From an uncultured Spirochaetaceae bacterium (GTDB lineage Bacteria > Spirochaetota > Spirochaetia > Sphaerochaetales > Sphaerochaetaceae): a DNA stretch of 64,000 nucleotides. The DNA lies in contig CALXYM010000011.1 of NCBI GenBank assembly GCA_944392965.1, forward strand, positions 738 to 64,737, in the 5' to 3' direction. A program made the translations under genes and the position numbers. Below, piece by piece: positions 9,135 to 18,501 of this stretch; the first letter of the stretch is position 1, and each line of letters opens with the position of its first letter. The notes beneath the pieces are model-generated. The model had not been told where the DNA came from and did no database searches. It saw only the letters and a list, made by a program, of their open reading frames with translations.

Positions 9135-10368
9135 ACTCGTGAATAAACCTCTTGAGGCAAGAAAGGCATCTCCTCTTCTTGTCAGCCTTTCCGCGGTGTT
9201 CCTGGGCATAGTGGCAGGAGCGCTTTTGATAGCCCTGATAGGGAAAAATCCTGTTACGGGATTTGACAGGATCATATTCGGAGCTCTTTCGAATGTGAGA
9301 AGAGTCGGCAATACGCTTGGTATGGCAACACAGCTCATCCTGATAGGGCTCTCGGTGGCTTTCGCCTTTAAAACCGGGCTTTTTAATATCGGTGCATCTG
9401 GACAGATGCTCATGGGTGGAATAACGGGAAGCATTCTCGCGTATTACATTCCGCTGAGCATGCCCCGCCCGCTGTATCTCCTGATCATAATCATCGCCTC
9501 CGCTCTTGTCGGAGCTCTCTGGGGATTCATCTCAGGTTTTCTGAAGGCAAAGTTCAATGTGCATGAAGTAGTTTCCACGATAATGCTCAACTGGACGGCC
9601 TACTGGCTCGTCTATGATTGGATTCAGCGTTTCATTGTTGATCCGACCATCGTCGTCAAGTCAAAACCGATAGAGACCGTGCATACCCTCCGAGCTGATT
9701 GGCTGACAGAGCTTACGGGATTTTCAACTCTCAATTACGGTTTCTTCATCGCCATCATCGCTTGTGTCGTAATCTGGTTCATTCTTGAGAAAACAACCCT
9801 GGGTTTCCGCTTGAAAGCTGTGGGTTCTAATAGGTTCTGTGCTGAGTATGCGGGAATAAAGGTCAATCGCTCCATCATGATATCAATGGCGGTAGCCGGA
9901 GCTCTGGCCGGACTTGCAGGGCTCACGTATTACTGTGGCTATTCGAACATCATGGAGATGGGAAAGATGCCGAATGAAGGCTTTGATGGAATCGCCGTTG
10001 CCCTTCTTGGCAACTGTTCTCCTGTAGGAGTGTTCTTCTCTGCTGTTTTCTTTGGAATCCTGAAAATGGGAAGAGGTTCTCTTGCTGCGACGGGAATCCC
10101 GACTGAGATCGCAGATACCATAATCGCGACCATAATATATTTCACGGCCACCAATGTCATTCTCGCCAATTTCTGGAATGGACGTTTTAGAAAGAGTTTT
10201 GAGAAGATGGAGGAAGCTGTCGGCCTTGCATTGAAAAGTCAGGGAAGGGAAAGCGTGAACATATCCGATTTGAGCAAAGAGGAGAGAAAGGAGTTGCAAA
10301 AACTCGGTAAGCCAATGTTGAAAGAACAGAAACAGAAAGAGAAGAATATTGGAAAGGAGGCTAAGTGA
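9124..10368 (+). CDS. ABC transporter permease (BMP system) with a Lys/Glu-rich C-terminal tail
   Basis: Polytopic hydrophobic 414-aa ORF overlapping the ATPase stop. The tail reads ...SKEERKELQKLGKPMLKEQKQKEKNIGKEAK. Confidence 0.85.
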   Translation: MKSKLVNKPLEARKASPLLVSLSAVFLGIVAGALLIALIGKNPVTGFDRIIFGALSNVRRVGNTLGMATQLILIGLSVAFAFKTGLFNIGASGQMLMGGITGSILAYYIPLSMPRPLYLLIIIIASALVGALWGFISGFLKAKFNVHEVVSTIMLNWTAYWLVYDWIQRFIVDPTIVVKSKPIETVHTLRADWLTELTGFSTLNYGFFIAIIACVVIWFILEKTTLGFRLKAVGSNRFCAEYAGIKVNRSIMISMAVAGALAGLAGLTYYCGYSNIMEMGKMPNEGFDGIAVALLGNCSPVGVFFSAVFFGILKMGRGSLAATGIPTEIADTIIATIIYFTATNVILANFWNGRFRKSFEKMEEAVGLALKSQGRESVNISDLSKEERKELQKLGKPMLKEQKQKEKNIGKEAK

Positions 10369-11318
10369 TGGAAGTTTGGTCGGTTATTACTAGTATCATT
10401 CCTGCGGCAATCGCTTATACGATGCCTCTTTTAATGGGGGCCTTGGGAGGCCTTTTCTCTGAGAGGAGCGGAGTTACCAACCTCTGTATAGAGGGACTGA
10501 TGCTTACCGGATGTTTTGCATCTGCGACAGTGATATACCTGATGCAGAGCGCGGGAGTATCTTATACCCTTGCGATTGTATGCGGCATCATAGTCGCGAT
10601 GATTGCATCTGCCCTTCTTTCTCTTCTGCATGCTGTGGCCGCTATAAACCTGAAAAGCAATCAGGTCATCTCGGGAACTGCGATAAACATGCTTGCAACT
10701 GCTTTGACGCTGTTCCTTGCTCAGACGATCACAGGAAGCGGAAACGTGACGGTTTTAAGGGGAATAATCCGGCAGGACATCCCTGTCCTCTCGAAGATTC
10801 CAATCATAGGTCCGCTTCTTTTTACAAGGACATACTGGACCACGTGGATCTGTCTTGCAATCTGGGCCATTTCCTTCTTCATGCTGTATAAGACCCGTTT
10901 CGGCCTCCGTCTCCGTGCCTGTGGTGAACATCCATCCGCAGTCGCATCTGCGGGAATCAACGTCCATAGGATGCGTTATATCGGAGTCCTTCTCTCCGGC
11001 CTTCTCTCCGGTCTTGGAGGGGCTTGTATCCTTGCCACCTATGCGGGAGAATATAACTCGACAAGTGGCATAAACGGGCTTGGATTCCTCGCAATCGCAG
11101 CCTTGATCTTCGGGCAGTGGAAACCGCTTGGAATCATGGCTTCCACGTTCTTTTTCGGAATCTGTATGACGATAGCGAACATGGGAAGGGTAATTCCTGT
11201 GTTCCAGGGAATTCCGACAGGTTATCTTGGCCTCTTCCCTTATGTCGCCACACTTATCGCGCTCGTGCTTTCAAGTAAGAAGAGCTCAGCTCCTCTTGCA
11301 TCAGGAGAACCATTTTAA
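10365..11318 (+). CDS. ABC transporter permease (BMP system)
   Basis: Polytopic 317-aa ORF with a 4-nt ATGA overlap onto the preceding permease. Confidence 0.85.
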   Translation: MMEVWSVITSIIPAAIAYTMPLLMGALGGLFSERSGVTNLCIEGLMLTGCFASATVIYLMQSAGVSYTLAIVCGIIVAMIASALLSLLHAVAAINLKSNQVISGTAINMLATALTLFLAQTITGSGNVTVLRGIIRQDIPVLSKIPIIGPLLFTRTYWTTWICLAIWAISFFMLYKTRFGLRLRACGEHPSAVASAGINVHRMRYIGVLLSGLLSGLGGACILATYAGEYNSTSGINGLGFLAIAALIFGQWKPLGIMASTFFFGICMTIANMGRVIPVFQGIPTGYLGLFPYVATLIALVLSSKKSSAPLASGEPF

Positions 11319-11329
11319 GGAGATTATTT

Positions 11330-12148
11330 ATGATGATAGACAATTTAAAAGACAGTGCCGCTTATATCAGGAAAAAACTCGGTGGGGTGGGGTATGAATA
11401 TGCCCTCGTCCTCGGTTCCGGTCTGGGAGATCTTGCCGAAGAGATCAAGGATCCCATTGTGATAGATTATCATGCCATTCCTCATTTTCCCGTTTCCACG
11501 GCTCCCGGACATAAGGGACGTCTCGTTGCGGGAATACTGGAAGGAAAAAGAATCATCGCCATGCAAGGCCGTTTCCATTTTTATGAGGGCTGGAGCATGG
11601 ATGAGGTCGTTTATCCTATCCGTGTATTCAAACTTCTCGGTATAGACAAGCTTATCCTCACCAATGCCGCAGGTTGTGTTAACAAGGAGTGGGAAACAGG
11701 TTCTTTAATGCTCATAACGGATCATATCAAACTTATCGCGGAGTGTCCTAATCGTGGACAGAACATCGATGAGCTTGGTCCAAGGTTTTTCGATATGAGT
11801 GAGGCTTACTCAAAAGAGGGAAGGGAAAAGGTGAAGGAAGCAGCAGCCTCCATAGGACTTGATCTGAAGGAGGGCGTGTACATGATGTTCTCAGGCCCGA
11901 ATTTTGAAACACCTGCCGAAGTTCGTTTTGCCCGTATCGCGGGAGCGGATGCCGTCGGTATGTCGACTGTTCCTGAGGCGATAGCCGCATCCCATATGGG
12001 AATGAAATGTATAGGAATAAGCTGTATGACGAACATGGCTGCCGGTATACTCGATCAGAAACTTAATCATGAGGAAGTCCTTGAGACAGGGGAGAGGGTT
12101 AAGAAGAGCTTCCAGGCCCTTGTGAAAGAGACTATCAAACGCTGGTAA
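11330..12148 (+). CDS. punA: Purine nucleoside phosphorylase (trimeric PNP family, inosine/guanosine type)
   Basis: 272-aa ORF containing LVLGSGLGDLAEEI...HFPVSTAPGHKGRLVAG...GRFHFYEGW...MSTVPE, typical of PunA-type PNPs. Confidence 0.85.
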   Translation: MMIDNLKDSAAYIRKKLGGVGYEYALVLGSGLGDLAEEIKDPIVIDYHAIPHFPVSTAPGHKGRLVAGILEGKRIIAMQGRFHFYEGWSMDEVVYPIRVFKLLGIDKLILTNAAGCVNKEWETGSLMLITDHIKLIAECPNRGQNIDELGPRFFDMSEAYSKEGREKVKEAAASIGLDLKEGVYMMFSGPNFETPAEVRFARIAGADAVGMSTVPEAIAASHMGMKCIGISCMTNMAAGILDQKLNHEEVLETGERVKKSFQALVKETIKRW

Positions 12149-12154
12149 CATTCT

Positions 12155-12181
12155 CACCCCCTGTTTTTCAGGGGGTGTTTC
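12155..12181 (+). terminator. Terminator after the PNP gene
   Basis: CACCCCCTG-ttttt-CAGGGGGTG stem-loop followed by TTT. Confidence 0.5.
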
Positions 12182-12222
12182 ATTAGAGTCACAATCATAG
12201 TGAAGAGTTTTTGATATTTTTT

Positions 12223-12245
12223 GATGTAACTATTTACATTACATC
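12223..12245. promoter_or_regulatory. 23-bp palindrome GATGTAA-N9-TTACATC (copy 1); candidate Rrf2 operator
   Basis: Exact inverted repeat of 7-nt arms, upstream of the SnoaL-like gene. Confidence 0.5.
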
Positions 12246-12272
12246 AAGGGTTATGTATCTTTCTTCGTATTA

Positions 12273-12295
12273 GATGTAATAATTATAGTTACATC
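12273..12295. promoter_or_regulatory. 23-bp palindrome GATGTAA-N9-TTACATC (copy 2); candidate Rrf2 operator
   Basis: Exact inverted repeat 50 bp downstream of copy 1, ending 6 nt before the RBS of the 12316 gene. Confidence 0.5.
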
Positions 12296-12315
12296 AAGAT
12301 CAGGAGGAAAATACT

Positions 12316-13089
12316 ATGACGAAAAAAGAAAAGGCTCTTGCCTTGATCTCAACCTTCGCATCAGGAGATGTCAAAGAGGCGGAGAGACTTCTTGCCAAGG
12401 ATTATATTCAGCATAATCTTTCTTATGGAACGGGTAGGGATGCATTCATCTCATCCGTTGAATACCTCACATCTGCACCTGTGAAAACGACAGTTAAGAA
12501 CATCAGGACATTTGAAGATGATGACAAGGTATTTATGCAGACGGTCTATAACTTCGCAGGGGCTGGAGAACAGGTTGCCTTCGATATCTTCCGTTTCGAT
12601 GAGGATGGGCTTATTGCTGAGCATTGGGACAACCTTGCTTCTCTTGCAAAGCCGAATCCATCAGGACATACGCAGATCGACGGATACATGAAGTTAGAAG
12701 ATTTAGACAAAACCGAGGAGAACAGAAAGCTTGTTGAGTCATTCCTTGTTGACGTGATGCAGGGAAAGCATCCGGAAAAGACCGCATCATATTTTGATGG
12801 GGATAAGTATATCCAGCACAATACGGGCATTGCAGATGGCCTGAGTGGTCTTGGAGCTGCACTTGAAGCTCTTGGAAAGCAGGGAATCCAGATGATCTAT
12901 GACAGAACCCACATGGTCCTTAGCCAGGGTAATTTTGTCCTTGGTGTCAGTGAAGGCACATTTGGCGGTGCTCCTACAAGCTATTACGACCTATGGAGAG
13001 TAGAAAATGGCAAGATCGCAGAGCACTGGGATGTCATGGAGACGATCGCCGATCCGTCAACATGGCAGAATGATAATGGCAAATTCTGA
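12316..13089 (+). CDS. Tandem SnoaL-like / NTF2-fold protein (COG4922-like)
   Basis: Two internally repeated halves, each ending in an ...IAEHWD motif (GLIAEHWDNL and GKIAEHWDVM). The protein is 257 aa. Confidence 0.65.
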   Translation: MTKKEKALALISTFASGDVKEAERLLAKDYIQHNLSYGTGRDAFISSVEYLTSAPVKTTVKNIRTFEDDDKVFMQTVYNFAGAGEQVAFDIFRFDEDGLIAEHWDNLASLAKPNPSGHTQIDGYMKLEDLDKTEENRKLVESFLVDVMQGKHPEKTASYFDGDKYIQHNTGIADGLSGLGAALEALGKQGIQMIYDRTHMVLSQGNFVLGVSEGTFGGAPTSYYDLWRVENGKIAEHWDVMETIADPSTWQNDNGKF

Positions 13090-13110
13090 TGTAACTATTC
13101 AAATTACAGC
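13088..13110. promoter_or_regulatory. Third copy of the palindrome (GATGTAA-N9-TTACAGC), ahead of the Rrf2 gene
   Basis: It overlaps the stop of the SnoaL-like gene. A TATAAT at 13117-13122 follows, and the rrf2-family ATG is at 13142. Confidence 0.45.
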
Positions 13111-13141
13111 AAAAGATATAATATGATGGTGGAGTTCTTAT

Positions 13142-13576
13142 ATGCAGATATCATCAAGATTCACCATAGCCCTGCACATCTTTACCTGTGCAGAGGTATT
13201 TAAAGATCAATGTAAGGTTACAAGTGATTTTCTCGCTTCAAGCATAAACACAAACCCTGTCATCATACGTAAGATATTGGGCCAGCTTAGTAAGGCTGGC
13301 CTGATTAAGGTCCTTAGAGGTACAGGTGGTATAGAAATAACACGATCCTTAAAAGAGATCACGTTCTATGATGTGTATAAGGCAGTGGATTCTGTAGAGG
13401 GGGGCAGCCTGTTCCACTTCCACGATAATCCAAGCCCTGAGTGCCCCGTGGGAAGAAATATACATAGGCTTCTTGATGGAAAACTCCAAGCGATACAGGA
13501 GGCGATGGAGGAGAAAATGAGAGGTTACACCATCGCTGACCTGAAAAATGAGATGTCAGTCATCCTGCAGGAATGA
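13142..13576 (+). CDS. Rrf2-family transcriptional regulator (YwnA-like)
   Basis: MQISSRFTIALHIFTC...SDFLASSINTNPVIIRKILGQLSKAGLIKV is an Rrf2 winged HTH. The protein is 144 aa. Confidence 0.85.
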   Translation: MQISSRFTIALHIFTCAEVFKDQCKVTSDFLASSINTNPVIIRKILGQLSKAGLIKVLRGTGGIEITRSLKEITFYDVYKAVDSVEGGSLFHFHDNPSPECPVGRNIHRLLDGKLQAIQEAMEEKMRGYTIADLKNEMSVILQE

Positions 13577-13609
13577 GGCGTACTCTGGATTTCAGTGAAA
13601 TCATCCCTG

Positions 13610-14638
13610 CTACGTAGAATCCCGTAATATGAGTTCCGTATTAGCCTCCATGAAGAGCCTGGGCCTTGCCGGATCCTTTATCTTGGACAGGATGGCGAAT
13701 GCCGTACATTCCCCCAATAGTTCCTTTGGTATTCTTATCGTGGTAAGAGGAGGAAGTGAGTCAGACGCGTCAGGAATGTCATCAAATCCTGCAAATGCTA
13801 TGTCTCTGGGGATAGAATATCCACAGAATGTGAATGCATGCATCAACTGTAAAGCTGTACTATCGTTTCCGCAGATATACACTTCAGGAGGGTTTTTCAT
13901 CCCCCGTATTTTTTGTACAAGATAATTGTTGTTTGAAAACTGTTCTTGCGTCTCCTTTGTAAAGGAATATGCTTTTTCCTCTTCCAGTGACAACGCAGAA
14001 AGAGTTTCGGTAAAGGCCTCATACCGTTTTATGATTCCATCACTGACATTGAATGAATTGAGATTACCAGCAAAGGAGAACCTTCTTTTTCCTTTATCAT
14101 ATAGATGTCTTATCAGCTTCTTTATGTTTTCTTTATTTTCCATTGTGATGACATCCATGATCTTGTTTATTTCATTTTCCGCGGGAGGCATATCGACTGT
14201 TACGACAGGGAAACCGAGATTCACGATCTTTGTACAGATTGCCGCGTTGCATACTTCTACAAGAATAATTCCTTTTATGCTTTTATCATTGAGAATGGTT
14301 GGAAGTTTTCCCTGCAGAATCTCATCCTCTGTTATTATCCCCAATACAAGGGTGTAACCACTTCCTTCCAGACCCTTGTTTATCCCATCCATTACTTTCA
14401 GCCAGAATCCGGATTGACTGCTGGCTTTCGTGAGAAAGATTATGGATCCCAGGTGTTTCACTTCTTTCTCTTTTTCTGAATATTCAAGTATGTATTGCCT
14501 GTATTTCATCTCACTTGCGGTGGCAAGTATCTTTTTCCTTGTTTCTTCAGAAACTCCCGGTTTCCCGTTTATTGCTTTGGAGACTGTGTTCCTGGATATT
14601 CCCAGATATTCGGCAATTTGATTTATTGAACAGTTCAT
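13610..14638 (-). CDS. LacI-family transcriptional regulator of the fructan/sucrose locus
   Basis: HTH MNCSINQIAEYLGISRNTVSKAINGKPGVSEETRKKILATASEMKY plus a periplasmic-binding-fold C-terminus. The start is set at M28 of track ORF 13610..14719. Confidence 0.85.
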   Translation of the reverse strand: MNCSINQIAEYLGISRNTVSKAINGKPGVSEETRKKILATASEMKYRQYILEYSEKEKEVKHLGSIIFLTKASSQSGFWLKVMDGINKGLEGSGYTLVLGIITEDEILQGKLPTILNDKSIKGIILVEVCNAAICTKIVNLGFPVVTVDMPPAENEINKIMDVITMENKENIKKLIRHLYDKGKRRFSFAGNLNSFNVSDGIIKRYEAFTETLSALSLEEEKAYSFTKETQEQFSNNNYLVQKIRGMKNPPEVYICGNDSTALQLMHAFTFCGYSIPRDIAFAGFDDIPDASDSLPPLTTIRIPKELLGECTAFAILSKIKDPARPRLFMEANTELILRDST

Positions 14639-14781
14639 ATGACTATTATAAATGTGTTGTTTTGCATTATCAAGTATAATTTGTGCATATGTAACAATCG
14701 TGCACTCTATGTACTTCATTCAATGAAATTAAAATTTATTTCATTGTAATTTAAGTAAATAATATGAAAATTAAAAAAATC

Positions 14782-14809
14782 TTGACATCTGGATAAACAG
14801 TGATAGAAT
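14782..14809 (+). promoter_or_regulatory. Sigma70-type promoter of the GH32/ABC operon
   Basis: TTGACA (14782-14787), a 16-nt spacer, then TAGAAT (14804-14809), preceded by TG. TTTGTAA/TTACAAA/TTTGTA half-sites at 14813-14849 follow. Confidence 0.5.
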
Positions 14810-14867
14810 GAATTTGTAAAGAAAAAAAGTTACAAACGCACACTTTGTATAGTGCAAAAGGGAGAAT

Positions 14868-16274
14868 ATGAGAAGTTTTTCTTATAAGCCAAATAATGGA
14901 TGGGTTGGAGATGTCATACCATATTATGAAAATGGTAAGTATTATGCCTTTTATCTTCACGACCCAAGGAATAGTGGTGATGGCGTTTATGCGGAAAACA
15001 CCACATGGCATTTAGCTGTTACAGAAAATGGCATTGATTTTGAAGATATGGGAGAATCCATTGAAAGAGGAGATGAGACGAAACCATATTTGAATAACTT
15101 TACCGGTTCTGTATTGAAGGATAGGGATGGTGTATATCATGCTTATTTCACGGCTTTCAATGAATCATATAAGCAGGATGGGAAAGCCGTACAGTCTGTG
15201 ATGGAGGCGACGGGAAGAGATCTTCTTAATTTGAAAATCAGACAGGATTCCCGTTTCACAGCCGATGATTATATCTATGAGATGTTCGACTGGAGAGATC
15301 CTTATGTCTTCTATAATGAAGAAGATCGGAAGTACTGGATGCTTTTATGTGCTAGAAGGAAAGGAGAAGGCTATCACAGGGGAGGGTGCATTGCTCTCTG
15401 CACTTCTGAGGATTTAAAGACATGGAAATACGAAAAACCGTTCTATGAGCCCAATACTCATATAACAATGGAATGCCCGGAAATTTTTAAAATGGGATCA
15501 TGGTATTACCTTGTGTTTTCCACATTCTCAGACAGGTTCCTTACTCATTATAGAAAGGCGGATAATCTCAATGGTCCTTGGATTATACCGGAGGAGGACA
15601 GTTTTGATGCAAGATGCTGTTATGCCATAAAGACGGCGGGAACAGATAAGGAGAGGTTTGCTTTTGGCTGGATTCCGACACGGATTGGAATGACCGATTA
15701 CGGTCCCTGGGAGTGGGGAGGAACGATGATGGTCCACAGGGTTGAGCAGGAAGATGATGGTGATTTACGTATACTTCCTCTTCCGGCCATGGATGAACTT
15801 TACTGTGAGAAGGGATTGAAGGAGGAGGATGTGCATCTTTCGTCACAGGGGCTTGTATCCCATCTTATTTCCTCTTCGCAGAACTTTCTTCTTGATGCGG
15901 AGATTTCATCCTCTTCATCGGAATTCGGTTTTTTCCTTGATACGGATGATGCTCTTGAGAACGGTTATCAATTGAGGGTTAAAGCAAATACAATGGCCTG
16001 GGATATGTGGCCGAGAAAGATGAACACGGGTCCGTACCAATGGCAGATTGATGGAGATAGGCCCTTCCTTGTAGAGACGCTTAGGTATTTAAAACCGTCA
16101 AATACGTATAAGCTCCGCATTGTCAGGGCAGGTGAGGCTGTTGTCGTTTATGCCAATGATGAGGTCGCCCTTTCTATAAGGTTCTATGGTAAGGAAGGTA
16201 AAAAGATGGGATTTTATTCCATCGGTGGTGAGACGGTCATCAAAAGATGTGAGATGAAACTGCAGAAGCAGTAA
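14868..16274 (+). CDS. Glycoside hydrolase family 32 (fructan beta-fructosidase/levanase-like), cytoplasmic
   Basis: GH32 motifs are present. They are NNGWVGD (a variant of WMNDPNG), WRDPYVF (RDP) and ECPEIF (EC). Confidence 0.85.
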   Translation: MRSFSYKPNNGWVGDVIPYYENGKYYAFYLHDPRNSGDGVYAENTTWHLAVTENGIDFEDMGESIERGDETKPYLNNFTGSVLKDRDGVYHAYFTAFNESYKQDGKAVQSVMEATGRDLLNLKIRQDSRFTADDYIYEMFDWRDPYVFYNEEDRKYWMLLCARRKGEGYHRGGCIALCTSEDLKTWKYEKPFYEPNTHITMECPEIFKMGSWYYLVFSTFSDRFLTHYRKADNLNGPWIIPEEDSFDARCCYAIKTAGTDKERFAFGWIPTRIGMTDYGPWEWGGTMMVHRVEQEDDGDLRILPLPAMDELYCEKGLKEEDVHLSSQGLVSHLISSSQNFLLDAEISSSSSEFGFFLDTDDALENGYQLRVKANTMAWDMWPRKMNTGPYQWQIDGDRPFLVETLRYLKPSNTYKLRIVRAGEAVVVYANDEVALSIRFYGKEGKKMGFYSIGGETVIKRCEMKLQKQ

Positions 16275-16288
16275 AAGGAGAAATATAG

Positions 16289-17566
16289 ATGAAGAGATTA
16301 TTTTTATTTGCAATCATTTCGATTCTCATGCTCATGCCTGTAATGGCAGGAGGTGCGAGTGAGGAAGAGAGTGACGTGACAACCGTCACATGGTTTGCAT
16401 CCCGACCTCTAGGCGGCGAGATAGATACTACGATGAGGGAAATCGCCGAGCGTTATAGTCAGGAGCATGGCGGTAAATGGGTTCTTGAGATTGAGACAAC
16501 GGCAGACAGGCCTTCATATCTTCAAAGACTGAGAACCCTCATAGCTGGAAACAACATGCCTGATATCATCGATATTGATGCAGATCCGTATTGTCAGAGT
16601 CTTGTTGATGCCGGCTTACTTGTCGATGTCAAGCAGTTCCTGATTGATGAGGGCAGATACGATGACTATCAGGAGACCGCTTTAAGATATCAAGAGTTCA
16701 CCGATGGTAGTATGTATACTCTTCCTCTTGAGTACCATATTGAGATGATCTGGTACAGGAAGGACATCTTCGCTCAGTATGGACTTGATGTTCCTCAGAC
16801 AATGGAGGAATGGCTTGATGTCTGTAAGACGCTCAGTGAGAATGGGATAACCCCCATAGCCGTAGATGGCGTCGACAGATGGCCTGTCCTGCGTTATATG
16901 GCAATGATTCCGTTCCGTTATTCTGGTAATGACTATATTATTGCTCTGCGTGATGGAAAAGCCTCCATGGGTGATCCGTTAGGACGTCAGGCGATAGAAT
17001 TCGTCCAGGAGATAGGACAGTATTTCAACGAGGGGTTTGCCGCTACCGATTATGCGACCGCACAGAGCATGTTCCTAAATGGACAGGCTGCGATGTACTA
17101 CATCGGGGACTGGGAGCAGAATGCGATGCTGGAGGCGTATGAGGCGGGCCTTGTCGATTACTTTCTGTTACCAACAGCTCCAGATGGTACGACAGGGGCG
17201 AATGAATACTGTGCAAACAGTGGTATCGGCATGGCTTTCAATGCTGAGACCTTCGATGAGAAGACAAAGGATTTCATTCTCTACGTGATTGAGAATTATG
17301 GAGAGATCTATGCTTCAAAAATGCAGATGTCTCCTCTTAAAGTGGATCTTCCGGAAGATGTGGAATTTACGGATCTTTATTACAGGATTGCAGAGGATAT
17401 GGATAATTTCGGTCCAGCCTTCATGAAACCATGGGATACGTATCTTGATTCTGCGACGAATACGATCATGCAGGATAACATACTTCTCCTTGCATCAGGA
17501 GATATGAGTGCGGAAGATTTCATATCACTTATAGATTCGTCCATCGCGGCGAATGCCAATAAGTAG
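16289..17566 (+). CDS. Extracellular solute-binding protein, carbohydrate ABC transporter (family 1)
   Basis: Signal peptide MKRLFLFAIISILMLMPVMAG in a 425-aa sugar-SBP-like ORF upstream of two MalF/MalG-type permeases. Confidence 0.85.
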   Translation: MKRLFLFAIISILMLMPVMAGGASEEESDVTTVTWFASRPLGGEIDTTMREIAERYSQEHGGKWVLEIETTADRPSYLQRLRTLIAGNNMPDIIDIDADPYCQSLVDAGLLVDVKQFLIDEGRYDDYQETALRYQEFTDGSMYTLPLEYHIEMIWYRKDIFAQYGLDVPQTMEEWLDVCKTLSENGITPIAVDGVDRWPVLRYMAMIPFRYSGNDYIIALRDGKASMGDPLGRQAIEFVQEIGQYFNEGFAATDYATAQSMFLNGQAAMYYIGDWEQNAMLEAYEAGLVDYFLLPTAPDGTTGANEYCANSGIGMAFNAETFDEKTKDFILYVIENYGEIYASKMQMSPLKVDLPEDVEFTDLYYRIAEDMDNFGPAFMKPWDTYLDSATNTIMQDNILLLASGDMSAEDFISLIDSSIAANANK

Positions 17567-17622
17567 TTTTATTTCTCAGCCGTTCCCTTCAAAAGGGGAC
17601 GGCCTGCCATAAGGGAGGAAAA

Positions 17623-18501
17623 ATGAAAGGAATCATAAAGAATAAAGTAGCTTATCTGGTATTCCTGCTTCCTGCATTGCTGTTTTATCTTTTCGCGGTT
17701 TTCTATCCGATTATCGACTCAATAAGATTGAGTTTTGTAAGCTGGGGCGGCATAGGACCTCAGAAGTATGTTGGTTTTGATAACTACATCAGATTGTTCT
17801 CTGATTCTGTGATGTGGGAATCATTTTTCAATAATCTTGTCTATGTCGTAATTGTAGTCTCGATGCAGCTTCTTATCGGTCTCCTTTTCGCGGTTCTTCT
17901 CACTTATATGCAGAAGAATGTCACGATTGTGAAAACCCTATATTATATTCCCTGTATCATAACAACAGTAGCTGTCGGACAGATGTTTAGAAGCATGTAT
18001 GCCACTCAGCCTATGGGATTGTTTAATATCGTGCTGAGTGCTCTAGGACTGGGAGATCTTGTACGTAGCTGGCTTGCCGATGTTGATACGGTCCTTGTTG
18101 CAGTATCTCTTCCTGAAGGATGGCGGTTTACCGGAATGTATATGGTCATCTATTATGCCGCTTTGATATCCATAGATACGGAAGTTTCTGAAGCTGCCAT
18201 AATAGATGGGGCGAGCAAGTGGAAAACTCTTTGGAAGATAAAACTTCCGATGATAAAGCCTGTCATACTGCTTACTCTTACCATGTGTATAACGGGAGCT
18301 CTTAGAGGTTTTGATATCCCATATCTTCTTACAAATGGAGGTCCGGGAAATGCGAGTGAGCTTATGAGCACATATATGTATAAGCAGGCATTTTCCTCTC
18401 TACAGTTCGGTTATGGGAGTGCGATAGCCGTATTCATAATAGTCGAGAGCATTATTGCTGTCATAATTTTACGCCTGGTTGGAAGGAGGGGAGAGAAATG
18501 A
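17623..18501 (+). CDS. Carbohydrate ABC transporter permease (MalF/UgpA-like)
   Basis: Polytopic ORF with an EAA-like loop, SEAAIIDGASKWKTLWKIKLP. Confidence 0.9.
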   Translation: MKGIIKNKVAYLVFLLPALLFYLFAVFYPIIDSIRLSFVSWGGIGPQKYVGFDNYIRLFSDSVMWESFFNNLVYVVIVVSMQLLIGLLFAVLLTYMQKNVTIVKTLYYIPCIITTVAVGQMFRSMYATQPMGLFNIVLSALGLGDLVRSWLADVDTVLVAVSLPEGWRFTGMYMVIYYAALISIDTEVSEAAIIDGASKWKTLWKIKLPMIKPVILLTLTMCITGALRGFDIPYLLTNGGPGNASELMSTYMYKQAFSSLQFGYGSAIAVFIIVESIIAVIILRLVGRRGEK

